Assembly (NCBI GenBank): GCA_002347965.1
Contig: DDYN01000032.1
Location: 14,795 to 78,794 of the forward strand
Source: Nitrospirae bacterium UBA2233
Lineage (GTDB): Bacteria > UBA2233
Direction of reading: 5' to 3'
DNA: 64,000 bases
The translations under genes were made by a program, and so were the position numbers. Below the pieces are notes generated by a model. It made no database searches. It saw only the letters and a program-made list of their open reading frames with translations, and had not been told where the DNA came from. Positions 37,122 through 48,757 of this stretch are shown piece by piece (the first letter of the stretch is position 1; each line of letters begins with the position of its first letter).

Positions 37122-38068
37122 GCCAAGACAGCCCAACGCCGGGGGAGGTGCGGTCGCTTCTTGGGGCCTTCGAGCGCTTTCTCAGGGTTTCACGGGCGCT
37201 TTCTGGGGCCTCTGTAGCGGCCTACGTCCGGGATGTCCGTCTTTTCCTACTTAGGGAAGCTAAGGACGATGAGGCGAATTTTACGTTGCCACTTGCGGCT
37301 AAGGTGCTCGAAAGGTGGCTGTTCCGCTACTTAAGGCACCTCTCCTTTCGACTCAAGCGTACGAGCATCGAGCGCAAGAAGTGCTCCTTCAAGGCGTTCA
37401 TCCGCTTCTTGGAGGGTTCTGGTAACCTCGATGGAGCGCTCAAGCCTGTGCTTGCCGGAGGAAAGGCCGAATCCAGGCTTCCTTCGTACATGAGCGCCAA
37501 GAGCGTGGAGGAGTTGCTGGAGCACCTCTGGAGGCGCTCGGACCCTAAAGACATCCGGGATGCCGCCTTTTTGGAAGTTCTCTACGGCCTTGGGCTTCGG
37601 ATTTCGGAAGCGCTGAACCTTACGCTCCAGGACATCGACATGGACCGCAAACTGGTTCGTGTCACCGGCAAAGGGGGGAAAGTACGCTATACGCCCTGTA
37701 CAGAGCGCACCCTTGAGGCTATAATTGCGTATTTACCGGTACGCGTGCGCTGGGCCAAGCCTTCGGAAAGGGCGTGGCTTTTTGTCGGGCCCGCGGGAAA
37801 GCGGCTTTCTGCCAGAAGCATGCAGGCTCGGGTCGCAAAGCTTGGGGTTGAAGCGCTCGGCAGGAACGACCTCCACCCCCACATGTTCCGGCATGCGTTG
37901 GCCACCCATTTGCTCGAGGGGGGAATGGATATCCGTCTCGTTAAGGAAATGTTAGGCCACGCGAGCCTTTCTACGACTCAGCGCTACACGAGGGTGACGC
38001 TCGAGCATTTGTTCGAGACGTACCAAAAGGCTCATCCAAGGGCAAAGAAGGGAAATGGCACATTTTGA
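37031..38068 (+). CDS. xerC: Tyrosine recombinase XerC (start uncertain, possibly GTG 37148)
   Basis: [34 protein letters not shown]; conserved trmFO-xerC-hslVU order. Confidence 0.88.
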   Translation: MAYGAFKLRAGCLDARNGNRASGGVLISQIGQDSPTPGEVRSLLGAFERFLRVSRALSGASVAAYVRDVRLFLLREAKDDEANFTLPLAAKVLERWLFRYLRHLSFRLKRTSIERKKCSFKAFIRFLEGSGNLDGALKPVLAGGKAESRLPSYMSAKSVEELLEHLWRRSDPKDIRDAAFLEVLYGLGLRISEALNLTLQDIDMDRKLVRVTGKGGKVRYTPCTERTLEAIIAYLPVRVRWAKPSERAWLFVGPAGKRLSARSMQARVAKLGVEALGRNDLHPHMFRHALATHLLEGGMDIRLVKEMLGHASLSTTQRYTRVTLEHLFETYQKAHPRAKKGNGTF

Positions 38069-38594
38069 AGGAACGACCATCCTTGTCGTAAGGCGAGAAA
38101 ACGAGGTCGCCATGGCCGGAGATGGGCAGGTGAGCCTCTCTGGAACGATCGTCAAAGCTGGGGCCAAAAAAGTCAGGCGTCTCTACCAGGATAAAGTTCT
38201 TGCCGGGTTTGCCGGCTCGACGGCCGATGCGTTCACGCTCTTCGAGCGTTTTGAGGCCAAGCTCGAGGCGTACCGGGGCAACCTGATGCGCGCCTCCGTC
38301 GAGCTCGCCAAAGATTGGAGGACGGACCGCATCCTTAGGCGGCTTGAGGCCATGCTGCTCGTGGCCGACAGGGAGCACATCCTGCTGCTCACTGGAGGTG
38401 GCGACGTGCTCGAACCGGACGAGCCAGCGATGGCGATAGGCTCCGGGGGTGATTATGCCAGGGCTGCGGCGCTCGCGCTAAGCTTGCACACCGGCCTAAA
38501 GGCGGCCGAAATCGCGAGGGTTGCACTCGAGATCGCGGGGAAAATTTGCGTGTACACGAACGATACCTTAACCATAGAGGTGCTCGAAGGATGA
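38055..38594 (+). CDS. hslV: ATP-dependent protease subunit HslV
   Basis: GTTIL Thr nucleophile, [18 protein letters not shown]. Confidence 0.97.
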   Translation: MAHFEGTTILVVRRENEVAMAGDGQVSLSGTIVKAGAKKVRRLYQDKVLAGFAGSTADAFTLFERFEAKLEAYRGNLMRASVELAKDWRTDRILRRLEAMLLVADREHILLLTGGGDVLEPDEPAMAIGSGGDYARAAALALSLHTGLKAAEIARVALEIAGKICVYTNDTLTIEVLEG

Positions 38595-39973
38595 ATCAGC
38601 CGGACGAGACCCTCGCTAAGCACCCGACCCCGAGAGAGGTCGTGCGCATGCTCGATACCTACATAGTGGGCCAAGACAAGGCCAAACGGGCCGTAGCGAT
38701 CGCCCTAAGGAACCGCTACCGGCGCATGTTCGTCGAGCCGGAGCTAAAAGACGAGATCGCCCCCAAGAATATCTTGATGATCGGGCCGACGGGAGTGGGG
38801 AAGACGGAAATTTCCAGGCGGCTTGCAAAGCTCATGAACGCCCCTTTCCTTAAGGTAGAGGCCTCCAAGTTCACAGAGGTCGGTTATGTCGGACGGGATG
38901 TAGACTCAATCATCCGAGATTTGGCCCGCGTTGCCGTGAACCAAAGAAGGGAAGAAGAGCGTCAAAAGGTCCTTGAGCGCGCAAGGCACCTGGCCGAGGA
39001 GCGCGTCCTTGATTTGCTTGTAGGCCCATTGCGGCCAGCCCAAAAGGCCGGCAGGGAGGAGACGGAAAGGTTTGCCACACCGGAAGAGCCCCAATCCTCT
39101 ACCCGCGAGCGGTTTCGTAAGCTCTTGCACGAGGGTAAGCTATCCCAGCGTTTCGTCGAGATGGAGCTTAAGGAGGCCGCGGGGCCGATGGTCGAGATCT
39201 TTGCAGCCCAGGGGCTAGAAGAGCTCGACACCAATTTGAGGGACATGCTCTCCCAGCTCATGCCCAAAAAGTCCAAGCGGAAGAAAGTCCTCGTTCCCGA
39301 AGCGCTGGAGATGCTGACCGAGGAGGAGGCCGAGCGGCTGATAGACATGCAGAAAGTCCAGAAAATTGCGATCGAGCTGATGGAGAATTCCGGTATCGTG
39401 TTTATCGACGAAATCGACAAGATCGCCGGCAGGGAAGGCTCTGGCGGGCCGGACGTATCGCGCGAAGGAGTCCAACGAGACCTCCTTCCGTTGGTCGAGG
39501 GGACGAGCGTTTCGACAAAATACGGAGTCGTTCGTACCGATCATATCCTCTTCATCGCGGCCGGAGCGTTCCATACCTCCAAGCCGTCCGATTTGATCCC
39601 AGAATTTCAGGGGCGTTTCCCCATCAGGGTCGAGCTCGAAGCGCTCACACAGGCGGATTTTGTCCGAATCCTGGGCGAAACCCGGAACGCCCTGATTCGG
39701 CAGTACCAAGCGCTCTTGGCGACGGAAGGGGTTACGCTGATCTTCGAGCCTTCCGCCATCGAGGAGATCGCCAAGATCGCCTCGGAGATAAACGAGAATA
39801 CGGAAAACATCGGCGCAAGGCGCCTGCACACGGTCATGGAGAGGCTCCTTGAAGAAGTATCGTTCGTCGCGCCAGAAATGGCGGGTGTCGAAGTCAGGAT
39901 CGACGATCAATATGTCATCTCCAAGCTGGCCGACATCGTCAAAGACAGGGATTTGACCCGGTACATCCTCTAA
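38591..39973 (+). CDS. hslU: ATP-dependent protease ATPase HslU
   Basis: [36 protein letters not shown]. Confidence 0.97.
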   Translation: MNQPDETLAKHPTPREVVRMLDTYIVGQDKAKRAVAIALRNRYRRMFVEPELKDEIAPKNILMIGPTGVGKTEISRRLAKLMNAPFLKVEASKFTEVGYVGRDVDSIIRDLARVAVNQRREEERQKVLERARHLAEERVLDLLVGPLRPAQKAGREETERFATPEEPQSSTRERFRKLLHEGKLSQRFVEMELKEAAGPMVEIFAAQGLEELDTNLRDMLSQLMPKKSKRKKVLVPEALEMLTEEEAERLIDMQKVQKIAIELMENSGIVFIDEIDKIAGREGSGGPDVSREGVQRDLLPLVEGTSVSTKYGVVRTDHILFIAAGAFHTSKPSDLIPEFQGRFPIRVELEALTQADFVRILGETRNALIRQYQALLATEGVTLIFEPSAIEEIAKIASEINENTENIGARRLHTVMERLLEEVSFVAPEMAGVEVRIDDQYVISKLADIVKDRDLTRYIL

Positions 39974-39997
39974 GCCGCGGGCACTGAAGGAGAGCGC

Positions 39998-40864
39998 ATG
40001 GAAACCGAAGCGTCGAGCAAGGTTAAGGTCCTTTTGGAGGCGTTGCCCTACTTAAGGCAGTTCTACGGCAAAACGATCGTCGTGAAGATTGGGGGGACGG
40101 CATTTAAAGACCCGGAGCTGCTCAAGTCTATCGCGCTGGACATCGTCTTTGTCGAATTCTTGGGCATTCGGACCGTCATCGTCCACGGCGGCGGCCCCCA
40201 GATCGGCTCGTTGCTTCAAAGGCTTGGGCTCGAAAGCCGCTTTTTCCGCGGGCTTCGCATTACCGATGCCAGCGCGCTCGAGGTCGTCGAAATGGTGCTC
40301 CTTAAAACAGGCAAGGAGATAGTCACTCTGATCGAGCTTTTGGGCGGGAAGGCTATCGGGCTCTCCGGCAGGGATGCCGGGCTTTTTTTGGCGAAACAGA
40401 TGGGTGCTGTCCAGACAAACGGGGAAGAGGTTGACCTTGGGTTCGTGGGCGAAATCGTCGTGACCAACCCTAGCGTTGTGAGCCTACTTTTAAAAGAACG
40501 GCTGATTCCCGTCGTCAGCCCTATCGGGGTAGACAACGAAGGAACGCCGCTAAACCTGAACGCGGATACCGTCGCCTCTAGGCTTGCAGGCAGTCTGCAT
40601 GCGGAAAAGCTCATTCTTATGACGGACGTGGAAGGGCTGCTGGACGAAAACGGAAGGCTGATTCCTTCTCTCAAAAGCACCAGGGCCAAGGGTTTGATCG
40701 AATCGGGCACGGTCACGCAGGGGATGATCCCAAAACTAACATGCTGCATCGACGCGCTCGATCAGGGCGTACGCAAGACCCATATCATCAACGGGAAGAT
40801 CAAGAATGCCCTTCTTTTGGAGCTGTTCACGGAGTCGGGCATCGGGACGGAGATTAAGTTTTGA
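39998..40864 (+). CDS. argB: Acetylglutamate kinase
   Basis: VVKIGG, VHGGGPQI, GLRITD, NLNAD, GMIPK, GIGT. Confidence 0.95.
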   Translation: METEASSKVKVLLEALPYLRQFYGKTIVVKIGGTAFKDPELLKSIALDIVFVEFLGIRTVIVHGGGPQIGSLLQRLGLESRFFRGLRITDASALEVVEMVLLKTGKEIVTLIELLGGKAIGLSGRDAGLFLAKQMGAVQTNGEEVDLGFVGEIVVTNPSVVSLLLKERLIPVVSPIGVDNEGTPLNLNADTVASRLAGSLHAEKLILMTDVEGLLDENGRLIPSLKSTRAKGLIESGTVTQGMIPKLTCCIDALDQGVRKTHIINGKIKNALLLELFTESGIGTEIKF

Positions 40865-42036
40865 TGGAAAACCTTGACGGGCTGGAGTTGATCATACCCG
40901 TATACTCCAAAAGACCGCTCGTTGTCTCAAGGGCGAAGGGCTGCTGGGTGTACGACACGAATGGAAATGCATACCTTGACTTTGTCTCCGGGATAGGGGT
41001 CAACGCGCTAGGCCATACCCCGGAGTGCGTGCTAGAGGCGCTCGCAGACCAGATGCGTCGTTACCTGCACGTTTCCAACCTCTACATCGATCCTTTGCAA
41101 GCAGAGCTCGCCAAGCTACTCCAGGGTTTTGGGTTCTCCTCTCGGGTTTTCTTCGCAAACTCTGGCACAGAAGCGAACGAGGCGGCCATCAAGCTGGCCC
41201 GGGCCTACCGCAACGACACGAACAAGGGGGTTTGTATCGTTGCGATGGAAAAAGGGTTCCACGGAAGGACCTTGGGCGCACTCAGCGCAACGGGGCAGCC
41301 AAAGCTCAAAACGCCCTTCGAGCCGCTGCTCGAAGGGTTCGCCTTCGTCCCGTTCGGTGATTCCATGGCGCTCGAAGAAGCACTTGAGAAGCCTACGCTA
41401 GCCGTACTTCTCGAGGTGATCCAGGCCGAGGGAGGGGTAAACACGGCGAGCGACGGGTATTTCGCGGAAGTTTCCAGGCTTGCTGAGCGCTCGGGGGCGC
41501 TTCTTATCGTGGACGAAGTTCAAACGGGGCTCGGCAGGACGGGAAAGCCCTACGCTTTCCAGCATGTGGGGCTAAAACCCGACATCGTTACGCTAGGAAA
41601 GGCCCTTGGCGGTGGCCTTCCGCTTGCATGCATGCTGGCGAGGCCGGAAATTGCCGAAAGCTTCAAGCTCTCAAGCCATGGCTCGACGTTTGGCGGGAAC
41701 CCTCTTGCCGTCCGGGCGGGTATCGAGGTGGTCAAGACCCTCCAATCTGACGGTTTCCTTGCAGAAGTAGAAAGCAAAGGGGCGCTGCTTTCCAAAGGCC
41801 TAAGGGCGTTACAGGGCGAGTTTCCCTCGATCCAGGACGTCCGAGGGAAGGGGCTTTTGTGGGGCGTAGAGCTCCAAGCCGGGGCAAAGTGCGTGCTTGA
41901 TGCCGCATTCGACCTTGGCCTTCTTCTGCATTCGGCGGGCGAGTCGGTTGTCCGCTTCATTCCGCCGTTGAGTGTCAGCCGTCAAGAGATCGAGACGGCG
42001 CTCGCACGCTTCAAGGAGGCATTAAAACAATGCTGA
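40864..42036 (+). CDS. argD: Acetylornithine aminotransferase
   Basis: NSGTEANE, FHGRT, DEVQTGLGRTG, LGKALGGG, STFGGNP. Confidence 0.93.
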   Translation: MENLDGLELIIPVYSKRPLVVSRAKGCWVYDTNGNAYLDFVSGIGVNALGHTPECVLEALADQMRRYLHVSNLYIDPLQAELAKLLQGFGFSSRVFFANSGTEANEAAIKLARAYRNDTNKGVCIVAMEKGFHGRTLGALSATGQPKLKTPFEPLLEGFAFVPFGDSMALEEALEKPTLAVLLEVIQAEGGVNTASDGYFAEVSRLAERSGALLIVDEVQTGLGRTGKPYAFQHVGLKPDIVTLGKALGGGLPLACMLARPEIAESFKLSSHGSTFGGNPLAVRAGIEVVKTLQSDGFLAEVESKGALLSKGLRALQGEFPSIQDVRGKGLLWGVELQAGAKCVLDAAFDLGLLLHSAGESVVRFIPPLSVSRQEIETALARFKEALKQC

Positions 42037-42962
42037 CACGAACCAAAAGGGATTATTTAACATTAAGGGGCCTATCGAGACAGGAGCTGGATATGCTCCT
42101 AGACAGAAGCCTGCGCTTTAAAGAATCGAGAAGGCGCGTGAGGCGAGACGACGTTCTTGCCGGAAAGGCCGTTGCGATGGTGTTCGAAAAGCCAAGCCTA
42201 AGGACTCGGGTGAGCTTCGAGGTCGCCGTTCAAGAGCTAGGCGGGATCGTGAGTTTTTTAGAAGAGGGGCAGGTCCAACCGGGCAAACGGGAAGCGTTCC
42301 TCGACATGGCCAGGACGCTCGAGCGCTACGCGGACGGGCTCGTTCTCAGGACGTTTTCGCACGCCATCCAAGAAAGGGTTGCCCAGGCTGTGCAAATTCC
42401 CGTAATCAACGCGCTTTCCGAGAGTTCGCACCCTTGCCAGGGGCTTGCAGACCTCTTGGCGATCAAAGAGGCCCTCGGAGGACTGGATGGCGTGAAGCTT
42501 GCCTTTCTGGGGGATGGCAATAATGTCGCCAAAACACTCATGGAGGCCTGCTGCAGGTACAAGATCGACTTTCGGCTCGCCTCGCCCAAGGCCTTTTTCC
42601 CGGACAGCGAATTTCTGGAGAGCTTAAAGCCTGAGATGGCCGGAACGATGGTTCTGACCGAATCTCTCGAGGAGGCGCTCGAAGGCGCAGACATTGTCTA
42701 CACGGATGTTTGGGTAAGCATGGGTAAAGAGCCAGAAAAAGAGTTGAGGAGGCGAATCTTCTTAAAATACCAACTCAACCTTAAGACGCTTCGGCTGGCC
42801 AAGCCGAATGCGAAGGTGATGCACTGCTTGCCCGCCGTCAGGGGGGAGGAAATCACGTCAGAAGTCCTCGATTCCCCCTGCTCGATCGTGTTCGACCAAG
42901 CCGAGAACCGCCTGCATACGACGAAGGCGCTACTCGAATTTTTTCTCGCGAACCGACCCTAA
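42030..42962 (+). CDS. argF: Ornithine carbamoyltransferase
   Basis: [29 protein letters not shown]. Confidence 0.95.
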   Translation: MLTRTKRDYLTLRGLSRQELDMLLDRSLRFKESRRRVRRDDVLAGKAVAMVFEKPSLRTRVSFEVAVQELGGIVSFLEEGQVQPGKREAFLDMARTLERYADGLVLRTFSHAIQERVAQAVQIPVINALSESSHPCQGLADLLAIKEALGGLDGVKLAFLGDGNNVAKTLMEACCRYKIDFRLASPKAFFPDSEFLESLKPEMAGTMVLTESLEEALEGADIVYTDVWVSMGKEPEKELRRRIFLKYQLNLKTLRLAKPNAKVMHCLPAVRGEEITSEVLDSPCSIVFDQAENRLHTTKALLEFFLANRP

Positions 42963-42973
42963 AAGGAGGAACC

Positions 42974-44188
42974 ATGGGAAGCGAACGCCAAAAAGTCGTG
43001 CTGGCCTACTCGGGTGGGCTGGATACTTCGGTCATCCTTAAATGGCTCATTGAAGAAAAAGGGCTTGAGGTAATCGCATTCGTGGCCGACGTCGGCCAAG
43101 AGGAAGACCTGGAGGCCATCCAAAAAAAGGCCTATGCCACCGGGGCTTCCAAGGTGTACGTTGCCGATGTAAAAGAAGAGTTTGCCCGGAGCTTTGCCTT
43201 CCCGATCCTTCGGGCCAACGCCGTGTACGAGGGGGGATATTTCCTCGGTACATCTATCGCCAGGCCGTTGATTGCCAAAGAACAGCTTGAGATTGCGCAT
43301 AAGGAAGGGGCCGCGTACGTTTCCCATGGAGCGACGGGCAAGGGCAACGACCAAGTCCGTTTCGAGCTCACCTACTACGCGCTCGACCCTAAGATTAAGG
43401 TGATTGCGCCGTGGAGGGAGTGGGACCTGACCTCTCGTACGCGCTTGCTCGAGTACGCCAAGACCTACGACATCCCAATTTCGCTCACGGCTGGAAAGGC
43501 CTATTCGATCGATAAAAACCTCTTGCATGTCAGCTACGAGGCGGGCGAACTGGAGGACCCCTGGCAAGAGCCGAACGAGGCGATGTTCTCGCTTACCGTT
43601 TCTTTGGAGCAAGCGCCGGAACTGCCCGCAAGCGTGATCATTGCCTTCGAGGGGGGAAACCCCGTGGCCGTCGACGGCAAACGGCTTAGCCCTTACAACC
43701 TGATCCAGACGCTCAACAGGCTTGGCGGGTCGCACGGCGTGGGCCGTGCCGACATGGTCGAGAACCGTTTCATAGGCATGAAGAGCCGAGGGGTGTACGA
43801 ATCCCCCGGGATGGCCCTCCTGCATGCGGCCAAAAGGGCGCTCGAAGGGCTGACGATGGACCGGGAAGTCATGCACCTAAGGGATGGCCTGATTCCCAAG
43901 TATGCCGAGCTCGTCTACAACGGGTTTTGGTTTGCCCCGGAGAGGGAGGCGTTGCAGGCGTTTTTTGACCATACACAAAAGGACGTGACCGGAGAGGTAC
44001 GGCTTAAGCTTTTCAAAGGCGGGGTCCATGTCGTAGGCAGACGCTCCGAAAAGGCCCTTTACGACCCCAAAATCGCCACCTTCGAGGGCGTCGAGGGGTT
44101 TGAGCCAAAAGACTCCGAGGGGTTTATCCGCATCCATGCGCTTCGCTTGAAAATCCGCGCCCTTCGAATGGGGACACCCGGGGCATGA
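42974..44188 (+). CDS. argG: Argininosuccinate synthase
   Basis: [31 protein letters not shown]. Confidence 0.97.
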   Translation: MGSERQKVVLAYSGGLDTSVILKWLIEEKGLEVIAFVADVGQEEDLEAIQKKAYATGASKVYVADVKEEFARSFAFPILRANAVYEGGYFLGTSIARPLIAKEQLEIAHKEGAAYVSHGATGKGNDQVRFELTYYALDPKIKVIAPWREWDLTSRTRLLEYAKTYDIPISLTAGKAYSIDKNLLHVSYEAGELEDPWQEPNEAMFSLTVSLEQAPELPASVIIAFEGGNPVAVDGKRLSPYNLIQTLNRLGGSHGVGRADMVENRFIGMKSRGVYESPGMALLHAAKRALEGLTMDREVMHLRDGLIPKYAELVYNGFWFAPEREALQAFFDHTQKDVTGEVRLKLFKGGVHVVGRRSEKALYDPKIATFEGVEGFEPKDSEGFIRIHALRLKIRALRMGTPGA

Positions 44189-45570
44189 AGAAGCCCTGGG
44201 GTGCTCGGTTTACGGAGCCGCTCGATCAAGACGTGCTTGCGTTTACGAGCTCGATCCCGATCGACACGGCCTTGTACCGGCAGGACATCTTCGGGAGCAT
44301 TGCACACGTTCGAATGCTTGCAAAAGTCGGGCTGATTACCCAACAGGAGCGTACCGAGCTTGTGCAAGCGCTGGAGGCCATCCTTAAAGACATCGATGTT
44401 GGTGTTTTTGGGTTCGGCCCCGAGCAAGAAGACGTTCACATGGCGATCGAAGAAGAGCTGACACGCCGGTTGGGAGAGCTCGCCCATAAGCTCCATACGG
44501 CCAGATCCAGGAATGACCAGGTTGCCCTGGATTTGGCGTTGTTCCTGAAAGAGGCAATCCAAAGGGTGCTCAGCGCGCTTAAAGGCTACCGCGTCCAACT
44601 CTTGACGCTTGCATCCTTGCACACCGAAACCCCGATACCCGCGTTTACGCACATGAGGCCGGCGCAGAACGTTTCGCTCGCACACTACCTGCTTGCGTTC
44701 TACGAGCTGGCTAAAAAAGACCAGGCGCGTTTCCAGCGGGCGAGCGAGGGGCTAGCGGTATGCCCGATAGGCTCTGGAGCGCTAGGCGGGTCGGACCTGC
44801 CCGTCGATAGATTTTACGAAGCGAACCTTCTTGGGTTTGACATGCCGACGCCAAACAGCCTCGAGAGCGTTTCGACCCGAGATGTGCTCTTGGATTTCTT
44901 GTACGCAGTGGCCACAGGATTCGTCAGCCTAAGCCGGATTGCGGAAGATTTTATTCTTTTTTCGTCCCCCGCATACGGCTTTTTTGCCTTCCCAGACCGC
45001 TATTGTACGGGCTCCTCGCTCATGCCCCATAAAAAGAACCCAGACGTGCTAGAACTCATCCGCGGGAGGGCCTCGCTTGCCATCTCGAGCCTTTCTGGCC
45101 TACTCACGCTTTTCAAGGGCCTGCCCATGGGCTACAACCGGGACATGCAAGAAGACAAAAGGCATCTTTTCGCCTCCTATCCGGTCTACGAAGAAAGCCT
45201 TCGTATGACAACCGCCCTAATCGGCGGGATGAAAGTCAACCTCGAGCGTTTGGAAGCCATGGCCTCCGACCCTTGCCTTGGATGTGTCGATTTGGTCGAA
45301 TTCCTCGTGAAAAAGGGCGTGGCCTTCAGAAAGGCCTACGAGCTCGTGGGCGGGATCGTCAAAGCGTGCGAGGCCTCCGGCAAGAGCTTGGCAAACCTTA
45401 CGCTGGACGAGCTTAGGCAATTTAGCGGGCTTTTTGACGAATCGGCGCTTACGCTCTTTTCTCCCATGGCCCAGCTACTGGCACGCCAAAGCTACGGCTC
45501 GCCATCTCCAAGGGCCGTCCGTCATCAAATTGAAACTGCGGCGTGCAATGAGGGCATCTGGCTCGCTTAG
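44185..45570 (+). CDS. argH: Argininosuccinate lyase
   Basis: [36 protein letters not shown]. Confidence 0.96.
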   Translation: MKKPWGARFTEPLDQDVLAFTSSIPIDTALYRQDIFGSIAHVRMLAKVGLITQQERTELVQALEAILKDIDVGVFGFGPEQEDVHMAIEEELTRRLGELAHKLHTARSRNDQVALDLALFLKEAIQRVLSALKGYRVQLLTLASLHTETPIPAFTHMRPAQNVSLAHYLLAFYELAKKDQARFQRASEGLAVCPIGSGALGGSDLPVDRFYEANLLGFDMPTPNSLESVSTRDVLLDFLYAVATGFVSLSRIAEDFILFSSPAYGFFAFPDRYCTGSSLMPHKKNPDVLELIRGRASLAISSLSGLLTLFKGLPMGYNRDMQEDKRHLFASYPVYEESLRMTTALIGGMKVNLERLEAMASDPCLGCVDLVEFLVKKGVAFRKAYELVGGIVKACEASGKSLANLTLDELRQFSGLFDESALTLFSPMAQLLARQSYGSPSPRAVRHQIETAACNEGIWLA

Positions 45571-46588
45571 CGCCGGACTTGCCGTGCTCTGGCTTGTCCT
45601 GGCCGTTTTTCAAGGCTGTGGCAAAAAAGGTCCCGTTGTTGCTCCTCAAAAGGCGAAGGTTGTCCTGAAAGACGTCCGGCTTGAGGTTCGAGAGGCCAAG
45701 GCGCAGATAGTATTTCGCCCGCCTATGGGACTTACCTACCTCTCCAGCGGGGGGACGATCGTGGCTTACGAGCTCGTAAGACAGGAGGCGCAGGCCGAAG
45801 AGGCGCTCGCAAGCGCCAGATGGCAGCCCGTAGTACGACACGATGCCCTGGAAGGCACTGGAGTCTTGCCAGAGTACGCCTTCCTAGACGAAACACTCCG
45901 TCCTTTTTGGGTGTACCGCTACAAGGTCAGGGCTTACAATGAAGAGGGTTTCAGCGAGCTTGAAAGTCCAGCGCTGGAGCTAGCCTACCTGCCACCTCCG
46001 CCACCCCCAAAGATACAGCGCGTGGAAGCGGGCGATGGCCTGATCGAGGTGATGCTTTCTTATCCCGAGGGCGCGAGCGAACGCGCGCGCTACCACTTGT
46101 ACCTCTTTGAGGCAGGCAAGCCCGCCCCAAAATCGCCCACCGCCATTCTTTCTAGGCCCGGCCTCTCCTACACGTTCAGTGGGCTCAAGAATAAAACCCT
46201 CTATACGCTGATCGTCCGGTCTGCGGTGCTGTCCGGAAGCGTCTGGATCGAAGGAAAGAGTTCGGAGGCCGCCCTGGCAACGCCCAAAGACGTCGTTCCT
46301 CCCTCTCCCCCCTCAAGCCTTCAGGCCGTTCTCACTCAAAACGGGGTTCAGCTCTTCTGGGACTCCTCAAAAGAACCGGAGGTTTCCGGGTATAGGGTAT
46401 ACCGAAGCGAAGGCAAGGGAGAATTCATACTTTTGAACGAAACGCCGCTTCCTGCGGTAAGCTACCTGGATACCGGCGTCGTTTTTGGATCAAGCTATCG
46501 CTACCGCATCGTGGCCCTGGACGAGGCGGGAAACGTCTCCGAGCCTAGCTGTACGGTCTCCGTCGTCTTTACAAAACACCCGAGGTAA
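45548..46588 (+). CDS. Lipoprotein with fibronectin type III domains
   Basis: Lipobox VFQG|CGKKGP; FN3 signatures (YRYKVRAYN, LFWD...GYRVYRS, YRYRIVALDEAGNVSEPS). Confidence 0.8.
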   Translation: MRASGSLSAGLAVLWLVLAVFQGCGKKGPVVAPQKAKVVLKDVRLEVREAKAQIVFRPPMGLTYLSSGGTIVAYELVRQEAQAEEALASARWQPVVRHDALEGTGVLPEYAFLDETLRPFWVYRYKVRAYNEEGFSELESPALELAYLPPPPPPKIQRVEAGDGLIEVMLSYPEGASERARYHLYLFEAGKPAPKSPTAILSRPGLSYTFSGLKNKTLYTLIVRSAVLSGSVWIEGKSSEAALATPKDVVPPSPPSSLQAVLTQNGVQLFWDSSKEPEVSGYRVYRSEGKGEFILLNETPLPAVSYLDTGVVFGSSYRYRIVALDEAGNVSEPSCTVSVVFTKHPR

Positions 46589-46592
46589 GCCA

Positions 46593-47891
46593 ATGAACTA
46601 CTTTCGATACTCAGGCGACACGCTCGCTTGCGAGGACGTTGACATCGAACGTCTGGCGCAAAAGTACGGAACCCCCCTGTACGTCTATTCGTTGGGGACG
46701 ATCAAAAGGCATTACCGCGTGTTTGACGGGGCATTCGAGGGCATAGACCACCTTGTATGCTACGCGATCAAGGCAAACCCTACGCTTGCCTTGATCTATC
46801 TTCTGGCCAAGATGGGTGCAGGCGCGGACATTGTCTCCAAAGGAGAGCTGCTTCTCGCCCTCAAGGCGGGAATTCCGGCCGACCGCATCGTGTTCTCGGG
46901 CGTCGGGAAAACGCCGGAGGAAATCAAGGCCGCACTCGAGGTCGGGATATTGATGTTCAACGTCGAGTCTCTATCGGAGCTCGAGGTGATCGCCGACGTT
47001 GCAGGACGCTCGGGGAAAAAGGCCCCCGTAAGCTTTCGCGTAAACCCGGACGTGGACCCAAAGACCCACCCTTACGTGGCCACGGGTCTTAAAACGAGCA
47101 AGTTCGGTATTCCGATGGGCTCAGCCCTCGAGGCCTACAAACGGGCGATGCAGCTGCCAAGCCTCGAAATCGTCGGGATCGATTGCCATATCGGTTCGCA
47201 GCTCATCAACCTGGGACCGATAAAGGAGGCGATGTTGCGCCTCAAGGCGCTCTTGAGCGAGCTCAAGGCGCTTGGCACGAAGCTGCGCTACCTGGATGTA
47301 GGCGGCGGGCTTGGGATCCGCTACGACCAAGAAGAACCCCCAGAGCCATCCACCTACGCGGAAACGATCCAGGCGGCGCTAAGAGGGATCGAGAGTAAGG
47401 AGTCGGCAAAGCAAACGCTCATTCTGGAGCCAGGCAGGGTCATCGTCGGGAACGCCGGGATTCTCGTTACCCGCGTGCTATACACAAAGTCGCAGGAAGG
47501 CAAGCGCTTCGTTGTCGTGGATGCTGGCATGAACGACCTGATCCGCCCGGCATTGTACGGCTCGTTCCAGCGTATAGAAAAAGTGAAAAAAACAGGCGCG
47601 CCCGTGCAAAAGGCCGACATCGTCGGGCCGGTGTGTGAGTCGGGTGATTTTTTTGCCAAGGACAGGGAAATCGAAGGCGTTCAAGAGGGCGATTTGCTCG
47701 CCATTTTTGGGGCCGGAGCCTATGGCGTCTCGATGGCTTCCAATTACAACATGAGGCCCAAACCTGCCCAGGTTGGGGTTCTTGGGAAGGGCGAGGCGCT
47801 TTTATCCAAAAGACAGACCTTCGAAGAGCTTATCCAAGACGAGGTTGTCCCGATGGCGCTGTTGGAAGAAAAGGAGGGCGTTCAGCCATGA
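46593..47891 (+). CDS. lysA: Diaminopimelate decarboxylase
   Basis: YGTPLYVY, YAIKAN, HIGSQ, EPGR, GPVCESGD, MASNYN. Confidence 0.97.
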   Translation: MNYFRYSGDTLACEDVDIERLAQKYGTPLYVYSLGTIKRHYRVFDGAFEGIDHLVCYAIKANPTLALIYLLAKMGAGADIVSKGELLLALKAGIPADRIVFSGVGKTPEEIKAALEVGILMFNVESLSELEVIADVAGRSGKKAPVSFRVNPDVDPKTHPYVATGLKTSKFGIPMGSALEAYKRAMQLPSLEIVGIDCHIGSQLINLGPIKEAMLRLKALLSELKALGTKLRYLDVGGGLGIRYDQEEPPEPSTYAETIQAALRGIESKESAKQTLILEPGRVIVGNAGILVTRVLYTKSQEGKRFVVVDAGMNDLIRPALYGSFQRIEKVKKTGAPVQKADIVGPVCESGDFFAKDREIEGVQEGDLLAIFGAGAYGVSMASNYNMRPKPAQVGVLGKGEALLSKRQTFEELIQDEVVPMALLEEKEGVQP

Positions 47892-48757
47892 TCGTCCCGT
47901 TCGTCAAGATGCACGGTGCGGGGAATGACTTCGTCGTCATCGATGTGGTTCGCGACGAATCGTTCAGGGTGCTCGACTGGGGTCGGCTCTCCCGTACGCT
48001 GCTCGATCGACGATTCGGGATCGGAGGCGATCAGCTGCTTGTCCTCGAGCCGCCCGACCTCAAAGACGCAGCCGTAAAGATGCGGATCTTCAACCCGGAC
48101 GGCTCAGAGGTAGAGATGTGCGGCAACGGCATCCGCTGTGCGGCGCTTTACTGTAAGCGGTTTCTCGGCGTTCAAGTAGAGCGGTTCGGCGTGGAGACGC
48201 TCTCTGGCGTCGTCGTTACCGGCATCGAAGGGGATGAGGTTGCTGTCGACATGGGGCTGCCAATCCTGGAGGCCGAGCGTGTCCCAACAACCGCAAAAGG
48301 GCGTGTGGCAGGGATGCCTCTAGAGGTCGCAGGTCGGCAGTTTCTCATCCATGCCGTTTCTATGGGGAATCCCCACTGCGTCGTCGAGGTTACGGACGAT
48401 GAAGGGCTTATGATGGCAGAGACTTTTGGCCCGAAGATCGAAAGACACCCCTTTTTTCCGAATCGAACGAACGTGGAGTTCGTCCGGGTTTTACGCCCAG
48501 ACCTGGCGAAAGTGCGCGTCTGGGAGCGTGGAGCCGGGCTTACGCTCGCGTGCGGGTCCGGTGCGTGTGCCGTGGCCGTCGCGCTTCGGCTTGCCGGAAG
48601 GCTCGCTCCAGAGGTGGCGCTCGAGCTGCCCGGCGGCACGCTGTTTGTCCGCTATCAAGGGCTTGGGGAGCACGTGTTCCTCAAGGGTCCGGCGGTGTTC
48701 GTGTTCGAGGGTAGGTACCCCTTAACCCTTAGCGCAGGAGAAGAGAGAGATGTTTGA
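47888..48757 (+). CDS. dapF: Diaminopimelate epimerase
   Basis: KMHGAGNDF, EMCGNGIRC, SMGNPH, ERGAGLTLACGSG. Confidence 0.96.
   Translation: MIVPFVKMHGAGNDFVVIDVVRDESFRVLDWGRLSRTLLDRRFGIGGDQLLVLEPPDLKDAAVKMRIFNPDGSEVEMCGNGIRCAALYCKRFLGVQVERFGVETLSGVVVTGIEGDEVAVDMGLPILEAERVPTTAKGRVAGMPLEVAGRQFLIHAVSMGNPHCVVEVTDDEGLMMAETFGPKIERHPFFPNRTNVEFVRVLRPDLAKVRVWERGAGLTLACGSGACAVAVALRLAGRLAPEVALELPGGTLFVRYQGLGEHVFLKGPAVFVFEGRYPLTLSAGEERDV

Noticed and set aside
37031-38068. Tyrosine recombinase as a mobile-element integrase
   Set aside because: Sits in the conserved topA-trmFO-xerC-hslVU housekeeping order and ends in the XerC/D HPRA motif.
42959-43876. 305-aa minus-strand ORF
   Set aside because: Antisense shadow of argG with no family motifs; the same applies to other long antisense ORFs such as 19266..20141, 28268..29059 and 39215..39910.
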